DNA of 39,916 nucleotides, from the NCBI GenBank assembly GCA_018829335.1, contig JAHJUD010000054.1, positions 1-39,916 of the forward strand, read 5' to 3'. Origin of the DNA: Candidatus Micrarchaeota archaeon. GTDB lineage: Archaea; Iainarchaeota; Iainarchaeia; Iainarchaeales; 1-14-0-10-31-34. The translations under genes were made by a program, and so were the position numbers. The notes beneath the pieces were generated by a model that was not told the DNA's origin, made no database searches, and saw only the letters and a list, made by a program, of their open reading frames with translations. Below are positions 7,922 to 16,283 of the stretch, piece after piece (the first letter of the stretch is position 1; each line of letters opens with the position of its first letter).

Positions 7922-8662
7922 ATGAATGAAGAAACAACAGCAACTGACGCGGAAAAATACCTTAAAACAGGTGCCCACATAGGAACAAAATACAAGACTT
8001 GGGGAATGAAAAAATACATTTACAAAAGAAGAGAAGATGGATTAAAGGTAATGGATATTCAGATATTACACCAAAGAATAGAACTTGCCGCAAAAATGAT
8101 TTCAAAACACGAAAAAGAAAAAGTTGCTGTTGTCTCAAGAAAATTATATGGCAAAACCCCAATAAAAAAATTCACAGAACTAGCCGGCGGAAAATCACTG
8201 GCTTCAAGGTTCATTCCTGGAACATTCACCAACCCTGAAGCAAAAGAATTTGTTGAACCTTCACTGCTTATAGTAACAGAACCAGACGCAGACTTTCAGG
8301 CAGTAAAAGAAGCCAAATCATTAAGGATTCCAATAATTGCCTTGGCTTCAACAAACAATTCAACAAAAGACATTGATTTAATTATTCCTGTAAACAACAA
8401 AGGAAGGAAAAGTTTGGCTTTAGTTTACTGGATGCTTGCAAAAAAAGTTCTTCTAGAAAGAGGAGAAATAAAAAACGAAAAAGAATTCAAAAACGAAGTA
8501 GAAGACTTTGAATACAAAATAAAAGAAGGAAGAGAAGAATTAATGAAAGAAAAAAGAGAAGAAGAAAGAAGAAGAAGAGGGACAAGAGGCTCAAGAATGA
8601 GTAGAGGAAGAGACACAGGACGAGATTTCGGAAGAGATACAGGAAGGCGAAACAGGGAATGA
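7922..8662 (+). CDS. rps2: 30S ribosomal protein uS2 with R/G/D-rich tail
   Basis: YLKTGAHIGTK, RFIPGTFTNP, IPVNNKGRKSLAL. Confidence 0.97.
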   Translation: MNEETTATDAEKYLKTGAHIGTKYKTWGMKKYIYKRREDGLKVMDIQILHQRIELAAKMISKHEKEKVAVVSRKLYGKTPIKKFTELAGGKSLASRFIPGTFTNPEAKEFVEPSLLIVTEPDADFQAVKEAKSLRIPIIALASTNNSTKDIDLIIPVNNKGRKSLALVYWMLAKKVLLERGEIKNEKEFKNEVEDFEYKIKEGREELMKEKREEERRRRGTRGSRMSRGRDTGRDFGRDTGRRNRE

Positions 8663-9465
8663 AAAGAGAAAGCATCCTGAAAGGACGCTTTTATCCAAAA
8701 ACAAAAGAAGAAATTTTATTGCAGTTAAAAAAATTCGTCTCAAACGTAAAGAAAGAAAAAAAAACTGATTTTATAGTTTCACCACATGCAGGAACAATTT
8801 ATTCAGGCCAGACAGCAGCAAAAGCCATTTCTTTATTGAACAAACCAGAAACACTAGTTATTCTTTCACCAAACCACACTGGTTATGGAGAAGAAATTTC
8901 AGTTTATCCTGAAGGGGAATGGGAAACGCCTTTAGGGGAAATTGAAGTTGATGCTGAAGCTGTTGATGCAATAACAAAAAATTTTTCTGATGCAAGAAAA
9001 GATGAAACAGGTCATTTACAAGAGCATTCAATTGAAGTCCAACTGATTTTTTTGCAGTATTTGTTTAAGGAATTCAAAATTGTTCCAATTACTTTAATGA
9101 CTGAAGATTCACAAAAACTTGAAAAATTAGCTAAAACATTAATTCAAGCAGAAAAAGAAAGTAAAAAAAAGTTTAGTGTAATTGCTTCAAGCGATTTCTC
9201 TCATTTTATTTCAGCAGAAAAAGCAAAGGAAAAAGACTTAAAGGCAATAGAACTGATTAAAAAAATGCAAGTACAGAAATTCCACGATTTAGTTCAAAAT
9301 GACAGGTTAAGCATTTGCGGGCATTCTCCAATAGAAGTTTTAATGCATTACTGCAAAAAGAAAGGAATAAAAAAAGCAGAATTAATAGATTATACTAATT
9401 CAGGAAACACAACAAAAGATTTCAGTTCAGTTGTGGCATACGCTGCAATAGGATTCTATAAGTGA
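8659..9465 (+). CDS. amrB: MEMO1-family protein (AmmeMemoRadiSam system protein B)
   Basis: GRFYP, PHAG..YSG, PNHTG, WETPLG, EHSIEVQL, ASSDFSH, SICG, VV.Y. Confidence 0.93.
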   Translation: MKRESILKGRFYPKTKEEILLQLKKFVSNVKKEKKTDFIVSPHAGTIYSGQTAAKAISLLNKPETLVILSPNHTGYGEEISVYPEGEWETPLGEIEVDAEAVDAITKNFSDARKDETGHLQEHSIEVQLIFLQYLFKEFKIVPITLMTEDSQKLEKLAKTLIQAEKESKKKFSVIASSDFSHFISAEKAKEKDLKAIELIKKMQVQKFHDLVQNDRLSICGHSPIEVLMHYCKKKGIKKAELIDYTNSGNTTKDFSSVVAYAAIGFYK

Positions 9466-10499
9466 AAAAAATGAAAACAGGAAAAAGAAAAGACAAACAC
9501 ATTAAACTGGCAACCCAGAAAAAAAACCAGTTCAAAAAAACAAATCTGCTGGAAGAAGTTGAACTTATACATAATCCTTTGGCTGGTTTTGAATTAAGTG
9601 AAATTGATACAGCCACTTCCTTTTTAGGGGAAAAATTCTCTTTTCCTTTAAGTGTAAGGCCTATTACCGGCGGAACAAAAAAAAGTTTCAAGTTCAATAA
9701 AAATATTGCTTTAGCGTGCGAAAAAAAAGGAATAGGGTTTTCCCTTGGTTCAATGAGAACAGCATTAGAAAACAAAAATAAAATAAAATATTTTAAAATG
9801 AGAAAATTCTGTCCTGAAATTTTTCTGGAAGCAAATATTGGAGCATTAGAATTGAACAAATATTCTGTTCAAAAAATCGATTCTTTTTTAAATGAAATTC
9901 AGGCTGACGCAATTTCAGTTCATTTAAATCCTGCACAAGAATTAATGCAAAATCCTAAAGCAAAAGGTTTTTCAAAACAGTTTTCTAATATTAAGAAGTT
10001 TGCTGAAGAAAGCAGTTTTCCTGTAATAGTAAAAGAAGTCGGAAACGGAATCTCTTTTGAAACAGCAAAAAAATTGAATTCAACGAAAATTAAAGCAATT
10101 GATGTTGCTGGCTCTGGAGGAACTTCTTTTGTTAAAATTGATTCAGCTCTTTATTCAAGAAAAAGACTAAGTGAAGTTTTCGGAGAATTTGGAATTCCAA
10201 CTGCTGCATCAGTTTTAATGACAAAAAAAGCAAGTAAAAAAAAGATTATTGCTTCAGGCGGAATAAGAAATGGATTAGAAATAGCCAAAAGCTTGATTTT
10301 AGGCGCTGATTTGGCTGGAATTGCGACTCCTGCACTGATTAAAGCAAAAAAAGGAGAAAAAGCAGTTGAAAAACTAATTGAAATACTTGAAGAAGAATTA
10401 AGGATTTCGATGTTTTTGTGCGGGGCAAAAAATATTCAGGAATTAAAAAAGAAAAAAGCTGTCTTGCAGAATAATCTGCTTGAATGGAATAAGCCCTAA
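9462..10499 (+). CDS. fni: Type 2 isopentenyl-diphosphate Delta-isomerase (FMN-dependent)
   Basis: RKDKHI, TGG, ANIG, HLNPAQE, PVIVKEVGNG, DVAGSGGTSF, GIPTA, IIASGGIRNG. Confidence 0.94.
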   Translation: MKKMKTGKRKDKHIKLATQKKNQFKKTNLLEEVELIHNPLAGFELSEIDTATSFLGEKFSFPLSVRPITGGTKKSFKFNKNIALACEKKGIGFSLGSMRTALENKNKIKYFKMRKFCPEIFLEANIGALELNKYSVQKIDSFLNEIQADAISVHLNPAQELMQNPKAKGFSKQFSNIKKFAEESSFPVIVKEVGNGISFETAKKLNSTKIKAIDVAGSGGTSFVKIDSALYSRKRLSEVFGEFGIPTAASVLMTKKASKKKIIASGGIRNGLEIAKSLILGADLAGIATPALIKAKKGEKAVEKLIEILEEELRISMFLCGAKNIQELKKKKAVLQNNLLEWNKP

Positions 10500-10503
10500 T
10501 TCT

Positions 10504-10529
10504 TTCACTCTAAGGAGTAAATTTATATA
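10504..10529 (+). promoter_or_regulatory. TATA box (TTTATATA, 10522-10529) preceded by inverted repeat ACTC-TAAG-GAGT; putative TrmB operator
   Basis: TATA ~30 nt upstream of the TrmB ATG; the short palindrome overlaps the BRE position. Confidence 0.5.
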
Positions 10530-10559
10530 GTGGTTTGTATATCTAATTAAATGATTTAA

Positions 10560-11288
10560 ATGGACTCAGAAACTGTTTCTTTTTTTGGCTCTCTTGGCTT
10601 GACTGAATATGAATCAAAAGCAGTTCTTGCATTAATCCATAAAAGCTCTTTGGAAGCCCCTGAAATAAGCAGGAATGGGGAAATACCTAAAACAAGAGTT
10701 TATGACATTTTAGAAAAACTTGAAGGAAAAGGATTAGTGATTGCATTAGAAGGAAGGCCAAAAAAATATCAGGCAATAGAAACAGAAAAAATAATTGAAA
10801 AACTAATGGAATCAAAGAAAAAAGAATTCACTGAAACACAAAAAAACGCTGAAAAATTAAGAGAAAAACTTAACTTTCAGGGAAAAAACGAAGCAAAAGA
10901 AAGCATTTTAAGAGTAAAACATTTAAGCGATTTTGACAGGATTTTAGGACAGGAAATACTTAAAGCAAAAAAAACTGTTATAGGCTTTACTGAAATAAAA
11001 GAAAAAAGACATTACTTGGACGAAGCATTAGGAAAAGCAATGGAAAAAAAAGTTCAGGTTCAGTTAATTTCAAGTGACAGAGAAGCAGAAAAATTTTTTT
11101 CAAATACAAAACTGCTTACAAAAAATTCCTCACATTCATTAAATGCTTTTGTGATTGACGGAAAAAAAATTGTTTTAGGGTTGGACAGCTTTAAAGAAGA
11201 AAAACCACATTACCATTTAGCAATACTGCAGAATAAAAGCCTTGCAGAAGCAATTACAGGGCATTTTAAAAGCAAATGGAAAGATTAA
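10560..11288 (+). CDS. TrmB-family transcriptional regulator
   Basis: LGLTEYESKA..AL, EIS....IPKTRVYDILEKLE.KGLV...GRP..Y wHTH, followed by a PLD-like effector domain (FVIDGK). Confidence 0.9.
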   Translation: MDSETVSFFGSLGLTEYESKAVLALIHKSSLEAPEISRNGEIPKTRVYDILEKLEGKGLVIALEGRPKKYQAIETEKIIEKLMESKKKEFTETQKNAEKLREKLNFQGKNEAKESILRVKHLSDFDRILGQEILKAKKTVIGFTEIKEKRHYLDEALGKAMEKKVQVQLISSDREAEKFFSNTKLLTKNSSHSLNAFVIDGKKIVLGLDSFKEEKPHYHLAILQNKSLAEAITGHFKSKWKD

Positions 11289-11605
11289 AGGAAAAATTTA
11301 AAAAGAAAGAAAACAAAGATGATATTATGGAACCAGATTACCTGCAAAAACTAAAAAAACAAGTAGAAAAAGGAATGGATGTAAAAGGATACGGCACATT
11401 TATTTTGATTATTTTAATGATTGGATTTTTTTTTAATTTAGGGTTAGGGAATCCAGTAGGCAATGCATTAGAAGGAAAAACAGGAACACAAGAAAAAACC
11501 TGTGAACAAATAAACGGCATATGCTCTGAAAATTCCTGCATTGAAGGCTATGCTGAAAAAGAAAATTACTGCCCTAAAAGCCTTTATTGCTGCAAAAAAG
11601 CCTGA
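11276..11605 (+). CDS. Small membrane-anchored protein with C-terminal six-Cys beta-defensin-like motif (start uncertain)
   Basis: Single TM (FILIILMIGFFFNLGL), then C-x6-C-x4-C-x10-C-x5-CC. Confidence 0.65.
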   Translation: MERLKEKFKKKENKDDIMEPDYLQKLKKQVEKGMDVKGYGTFILIILMIGFFFNLGLGNPVGNALEGKTGTQEKTCEQINGICSENSCIEGYAEKENYCPKSLYCCKKA

Positions 11606-11657
11606 CAATAAAAATTAAACTCTTTTTATTTAAGCATATTTCTGGGCAGGGTTAATT

Positions 11658-13352
11658 ATGGACGAAAAACTAAAAGAAATGACATTCAAGTATGCAGTAA
11701 AAAATGCAGCAGAACATTTAGGTAAAGCAGACTTAAAAGCAGTAATAGGAAAATTAGTGGCAATAGATAAAGAATTAGGCAAAAATTTAGGCAAACACAT
11801 AAAAGAAATAACAGAAATAGTCGAAAAAGTAAATGCAATGGACAAAAAAACATTAGAAGAAAAATTCAGTTCATTTGAAAGTTTTAATGAGCTTCCTGAA
11901 AGAGAAAAAAAAGAAGAAATGTTTTTGGATTGGGCAGACAAACAAAGAGTAGTTACAAGATATGCTCCTAATCCAAATGGGCCGTTTCATTTAGGCAATG
12001 CAAGAGCTTTATTGATGTCTTATGATTATGCAAGAAAATACAAAGGAAAATTTATTTTAAGGTTTGATGATACCGATCCTAAAGTAAAAAAATCAATTAA
12101 AGAACCAGAAAAAGTATTTAAAAAAGACTTGGATTGGCTTGGAGTAAAAGTAGACGAAACATTTTTTGCCTCTGACAGAATGGAAATATACTATAATTAC
12201 ATGAAAAAAATTATTTCAATGGATAAAGCTTATGTATGCAAATGCGAAAAAGAAAAATGGAAAGAAAAAATTGATGAAAACAAATCCTGTAAATGCAGGG
12301 AAAAAAATTCTAAAGAGCAGTTAAAAGAATTCGAAAAAATGCTTTCACATGAATTAAAGGAAGGCACAGCTGTTTTAAGGATTAAAACAGATTTGGACGC
12401 AAAAGACCCTTCTTTAAGGGACTGGTGGGCGGCAAAAATAGTTGACAACCCAGAGCACCCAAGAGTTGGAGACAAATATAAAGTATGGCCTTCATATAAT
12501 TTTGCTTCAGCAACAGACGACCATGAAATGGGAATAACCCTGATAATTAGAGGGCAAGAGCATGCACAAAATGCAGAAAAACAAAAATTTTTGTATAAAT
12601 ATTTTAATTGGGTTTATCCTGAAACATTTCATACAGGAAGAATTAAACTAAAAGAAATGGTTTTAAGCACATCCAAAATAAAAGAAGGCATTGAAAAAGG
12701 AATTTATTTTGGCTGGGATGATCCTCGCTTGGGAACAATACAGGCTTTGAGAAGAAGAGGGTTTAATCCTAACACAATAAAAGAAATCATTAAAGAAATA
12801 GGAGTGAAAAGCTCTGATGTCACAGTTGATTTCTCCAGAATCGTTGATGTAAATAAAGGATTTATTGACGCAAAATCTGACAGGTATTATTTTATTGAAG
12901 ACCCAATAAAATTAGAAGTGAATTTTGTGCCTGAAATGCAAATAGAAAAACCATTGCACCCAGATTACCCTGATCAAACCAAAACATATGAGGTAAGCAA
13001 AGGAACACAGACTTTTTTGATTTCAAGAAAACAAACAGAAAAACTTGAATTAGGAAAAATTGCAAGATTAAAACATGCATTAAATTTTCGTGTAATAAGA
13101 AAAGACGAAATGCAGATTTTTGGAGAATTTGTTGGAATACAAAAACTAGAGAATAAAACTTTGATTCCATGGATTTTAAAAGAAACTTCAGCCGAAATAA
13201 TGATGGATAATGCAGTAAAAAAACATGGAATAATTGAAAAAGAAATTCTCGAAGAAAAAGAAGGAAATACTATTCAATTAGAAAACTTTGGATACGCAAG
13301 AATAGACGAAATAGAAAAAGAAAAAATTGTTTTATGGTTTGCGCACAAATAA
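11658..13352 (+). CDS. gltX: Glutamate--tRNA ligase (archaeal type)
   Basis: TRYAPNPNGPFHLGNAR (HIGH), LRFDDTDP, IRGQEH, LSTSK, GWDDPRLGT. Confidence 0.97.
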   Translation: MDEKLKEMTFKYAVKNAAEHLGKADLKAVIGKLVAIDKELGKNLGKHIKEITEIVEKVNAMDKKTLEEKFSSFESFNELPEREKKEEMFLDWADKQRVVTRYAPNPNGPFHLGNARALLMSYDYARKYKGKFILRFDDTDPKVKKSIKEPEKVFKKDLDWLGVKVDETFFASDRMEIYYNYMKKIISMDKAYVCKCEKEKWKEKIDENKSCKCREKNSKEQLKEFEKMLSHELKEGTAVLRIKTDLDAKDPSLRDWWAAKIVDNPEHPRVGDKYKVWPSYNFASATDDHEMGITLIIRGQEHAQNAEKQKFLYKYFNWVYPETFHTGRIKLKEMVLSTSKIKEGIEKGIYFGWDDPRLGTIQALRRRGFNPNTIKEIIKEIGVKSSDVTVDFSRIVDVNKGFIDAKSDRYYFIEDPIKLEVNFVPEMQIEKPLHPDYPDQTKTYEVSKGTQTFLISRKQTEKLELGKIARLKHALNFRVIRKDEMQIFGEFVGIQKLENKTLIPWILKETSAEIMMDNAVKKHGIIEKEILEEKEGNTIQLENFGYARIDEIEKEKIVLWFAHK

Positions 13353-13362
13353 GCAAAAAAAA

Positions 13363-13409
13363 ACACCTTTTCCAAAAGGTGTAACAAAATGTACGGCGTA
13401 AAGCCGTAC
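13363..13409. repeat. Tandem perfect hairpins ACACCTTTT-CC-AAAAGGTGT(+AACAAAA) and GTACGGC-GTAAA-GCCGTAC
   Basis: Directly visible palindromes after the gltX stop; each resembles a hairpin type at 6001-6204. Confidence 0.75.
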
Positions 13410-13468
13410 TGAAAAAATAAAGAAAAGCAAAGGATTAAAAGAAACAAAAAACAAATTAATGAAGGAAA

Positions 13469-14281
13469 ATGATTAAAATGAAAAAAATAATTTTAATTGG
13501 AATTGTATTGCTTATTTTTTTGGCTGCCTGCATTCAGCAGAATTCAGTTACAGAAGTGAACAATTCCAACACAAACACAAATGGCAATCAGACAAATGAA
13601 ATACAAAAAAAAGACTGTGTTTCAATAACTGATTCAATGATTTTTGATGAAAGCTTTAATGGAAAAACAATAAAGTTATGTGAAGGAATTCAAAACATAT
13701 CCCAAGGAATCCTTGTAATAGGCAATGACATGACAATTGAATGTGATGGAACTGTAATTCAGGGAGAAGAGGAATTAGAAGGAATAAAAATCACAGGAAA
13801 CAACAATACAATAAAAAACTGCATAATACAAAATTTCAGGTATGGCTTGCTTTTAAGGGGAGAAAACAACAAAATAACAAACAACACTCTGAAAAACAAC
13901 TTTTACGGCATTGCATTAGAATACTCTTATAACACTGAAATCACAGGGAATACAGTTTCAGGCAACTCACAGCAGGGAATTTTGCTTAAAGCTTCAGGAA
14001 ACAATTCAATTCGAAACAATACAATAACAGGAAACGCCTGGGGAATCTGGTTAGACAGAGCTGAAAGCAATATAATCGAAAACAATACAATAACAGGAAA
14101 CGCATTAGACGGAATAAGATTATACAATAATTCAGTTAACAACAATTTAAGCCAGAATACAATAACAGGCAACACAACAGGAATAAGAATGGAAAACCCT
14201 GAAAACAACACAATAGGAAACAATACACTTCAGGACAATAACACTTCAACAATAACAGGAAACAACGATATACAGGAATGA
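13469..14281 (+). CDS. Putative lipoprotein with NosD/right-handed parallel beta-helix (PbH1) repeats
   Basis: Signal MKKIILIGIVLLIFLAA-C; ~22-aa N..I..NTI.GN..GI.L repeats. Confidence 0.85.
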   Translation: MIKMKKIILIGIVLLIFLAACIQQNSVTEVNNSNTNTNGNQTNEIQKKDCVSITDSMIFDESFNGKTIKLCEGIQNISQGILVIGNDMTIECDGTVIQGEEELEGIKITGNNNTIKNCIIQNFRYGLLLRGENNKITNNTLKNNFYGIALEYSYNTEITGNTVSGNSQQGILLKASGNNSIRNNTITGNAWGIWLDRAESNIIENNTITGNALDGIRLYNNSVNNNLSQNTITGNTTGIRMENPENNTIGNNTLQDNNTSTITGNNDIQE

Positions 14282-14335
14282 AAAAAGCGTCTTGATTACC
14301 TTTAAAAAGCTTTTTTTACACGGTTTTTATACTTG

Positions 14336-14388
14336 TTTTGCCGATGACAATGAACAGCCGTAAATGGCTGCAAGGAGGTTGATTTTTA
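14336..14388 (+). promoter_or_regulatory. Putative L7Ae-binding K-turn/K-loop leader of rpl7ae mRNA
   Basis: GCC-GAT-GA-CAAT-GA-A (tandem GA, C/D-box-like) followed by hairpin CAGCCG-TAAA-TGGCTG and the GGAGG SD; TATA-like TTTAAAAA at 14301. Confidence 0.55.
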
Positions 14389-14757
14389 ATGGCAGAATAC
14401 ATAAAGTTCAGCGTAGGCAAAGAACTAAAAGAAAAACAATTAGAACTAATTGAAACAGCAAAAAAAACAGGAAAAATACGCATTGGAGTAAATGAAACAA
14501 CCAAAGCAGTGGAAAGAGGAAAAGCAAAAATAATTTTCATTGCAGAAGACATTACACCACAAGAATTAGTAATGCATTTGCCTTTGTTATGCGAAGAAAA
14601 AAAAATTCCTTACAGTTATATAACCACAAAAAAAGAATTAGGCGAAAAAGCAGGAATAGAAGTCGGAACAGCTTCAATTGCAGTAATGGAAGAAGGAAGC
14701 GCAAAAAAGCAGTTAGAAGATGTAGTCAAAAAAGTAAGCGCTTTAAAGAAAGGGTGA
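14389..14757 (+). CDS. rpl7ae: 50S ribosomal protein L7Ae (eL8)
   Basis: GKIRIGVNETTKAVERG.AK...IAEDI.P.E.V.HLP.LCEEK.IPY. Confidence 0.98.
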   Translation: MAEYIKFSVGKELKEKQLELIETAKKTGKIRIGVNETTKAVERGKAKIIFIAEDITPQELVMHLPLLCEEKKIPYSYITTKKELGEKAGIEVGTASIAVMEEGSAKKQLEDVVKKVSALKKG

Positions 14758-14761
14758 CTGA

Positions 14762-14971
14762 ATGGCAGACGAAAGAGGAACACCAGCTGAAGTAGTTGAA
14801 GTAATCCAAAGGACAGGAGTTCATGGAGAAATCATTCAGGTTTTATGCAAAATTCTGGAAGGACCAGAACAAGGAAGAGTAAAAAGAAGAAACGTCAAAG
14901 GCAACCTGAAAAAAGGAGACATAATAATTTTGCTTTCAACTGAAAGAGAAGCAAAAGAAATAAAGGCATGA
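14762..14971 (+). CDS. rps28e: 30S ribosomal protein eS28
   Basis: AEVVEVI.RTG.HGE..QV, RNVKG...GDI..L..TEREA. Confidence 0.96.
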   Translation: MADERGTPAEVVEVIQRTGVHGEIIQVLCKILEGPEQGRVKRRNVKGNLKKGDIIILLSTEREAKEIKA

Positions 14972-14986
14972 ATTGGAGGTTAGAAA

Positions 14987-15175
14987 ATGAATTGCAGTTT
15001 TTGCGGTAAAGAAATAAAAAAAGGAACCGGAATAATGTTTGTCAAAAAAGACGGCACAACCTTCAATTTCTGCTCAAGAAAATGCGAAAAAAATTTGCTG
15101 AAACTGAAAAGAAATCCAAGGAACACTAAATGGACAAACGAATACCATAAAATAAAAAAAGGAACAAAAAAGTAA
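14987..15175 (+). CDS. rpl24e: 50S ribosomal protein eL24
   Basis: CSFCG..I..GTG.MFV.KDG....FCS.KC.KN...R.PR..KWT. Confidence 0.97.
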   Translation: MNCSFCGKEIKKGTGIMFVKKDGTTFNFCSRKCEKNLLKLKRNPRNTKWTNEYHKIKKGTKK

Positions 15176-15186
15176 AAGGTGATTAA

Positions 15187-15750
15187 ATGGAAAAAACCTT
15201 GATTTTAATAAAACATGATGCAGTGCAAAGGGGATTAATAGGAGAAATCCTGAAAAGATTTGAACAAAAAGGTCTGAAAATTGCAGGAATGAAAATGGTC
15301 CAGCCAACAGAAGAGATGGTAAAAAAGCATTACATTGTAACAGATGAATGGGCAAAAAAAGTAGGAGAAAATACTAGAAAGTCCGCAGAAAAAAAAGGAA
15401 TTAAAGTAACTGAAACAGACAAACAAATCGCAAAGAGAATACAGCAATACAATGCAGACTATTTAATGGAAGGGCCAATAATTGCAATAGTCTTTGAAGG
15501 ATACCATGCAATAGAAATAGGAAGAAAAATAATTGGAAACACTGAAGCAAGAAAAGCAGATATAGGCACAATAAGAGGAGATTATTCAGTTGACTCATAT
15601 GATTTGGCGGAACAGAAAAAAAGAAGCGTAAGGAATTTGATTCATGGCTCGGAAAATTCAGAGCAGGCAGAAAATGAAATGAATTTATGGTTTACAAAAA
15701 AAGAACTGCATGAATACAAGAAAAAAGAATGGGAAGTAATGCACAAATAA
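15187..15750 (+). CDS. ndk: Nucleoside-diphosphate kinase
   Basis: EKTLILIK.DAVQRGLIGEI..RFE.KG, GTIRGDY, NLIHGS (catalytic His). Confidence 0.96.
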   Translation: MEKTLILIKHDAVQRGLIGEILKRFEQKGLKIAGMKMVQPTEEMVKKHYIVTDEWAKKVGENTRKSAEKKGIKVTETDKQIAKRIQQYNADYLMEGPIIAIVFEGYHAIEIGRKIIGNTEARKADIGTIRGDYSVDSYDLAEQKKRSVRNLIHGSENSEQAENEMNLWFTKKELHEYKKKEWEVMHK

Positions 15751-15851
15751 AAAACACAAAAAAAAGAATAAGCGGGAAAAAAACAAAATAAAAATTAAGT
15801 GGATTAAAAAAATAAGAAAACAGAAAATTAAATGAAAATTGAGTGAATTAA

Positions 15852-16277
15852 ATGAAAGTACAGGTAAAAAAGTTAAGTGAAGAAACAAAAATGGAATTTG
15901 CGCATAAAGGAGACGCAGGAATAGATTTGTATGCCGCAGAAACAGTTGAAATTCTTCCAGGAGAAATCAAATTAGTCAAAACAGGAATAAAAATTGCAAT
16001 TCCAGAAGGATTTGAAGGACAGGTAAGGCCAAAATCTGGTTTAGCATTAAACAATGGAATAACAGTCCTTAATACTCCTGGAACAATTGATTCAGGTTAT
16101 AGAGGAGAAGTCTGTGTAATAACAATAAACCACAGCAAAAAAAAATTCACTGCAGAAAAAGGAAAAAAAATTGCTCAGTTAGTATTCAACAAAATTGAAA
16201 TTCCTGAAATAGAATTGGTTGAAGAATTAGACGATACTGCCAGAGGAGAAAATGGTTTTGGTTCAACTGGATTGTGA
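15852..16277 (+). CDS. dut: Trimeric dUTP diphosphatase
   Basis: All five motifs: AGIDL, RPKSGLA, GTIDSGYRGE, IAQLV, RGENGFGSTG. Confidence 0.96.
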   Translation: MKVQVKKLSEETKMEFAHKGDAGIDLYAAETVEILPGEIKLVKTGIKIAIPEGFEGQVRPKSGLALNNGITVLNTPGTIDSGYRGEVCVITINHSKKKFTAEKGKKIAQLVFNKIEIPEIELVEELDDTARGENGFGSTGL

Positions 16278-16283
16278 GAATAA

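Noticed and set aside
14014-14103. 24-nt direct repeat AAACAATACAATAACAGGAAACGC at 66-nt spacing, CRISPR-like geometry
   Set aside because: It is an in-frame 22-aa beta-helix repeat of the NosD-like protein; only two exact copies and no cas genes.
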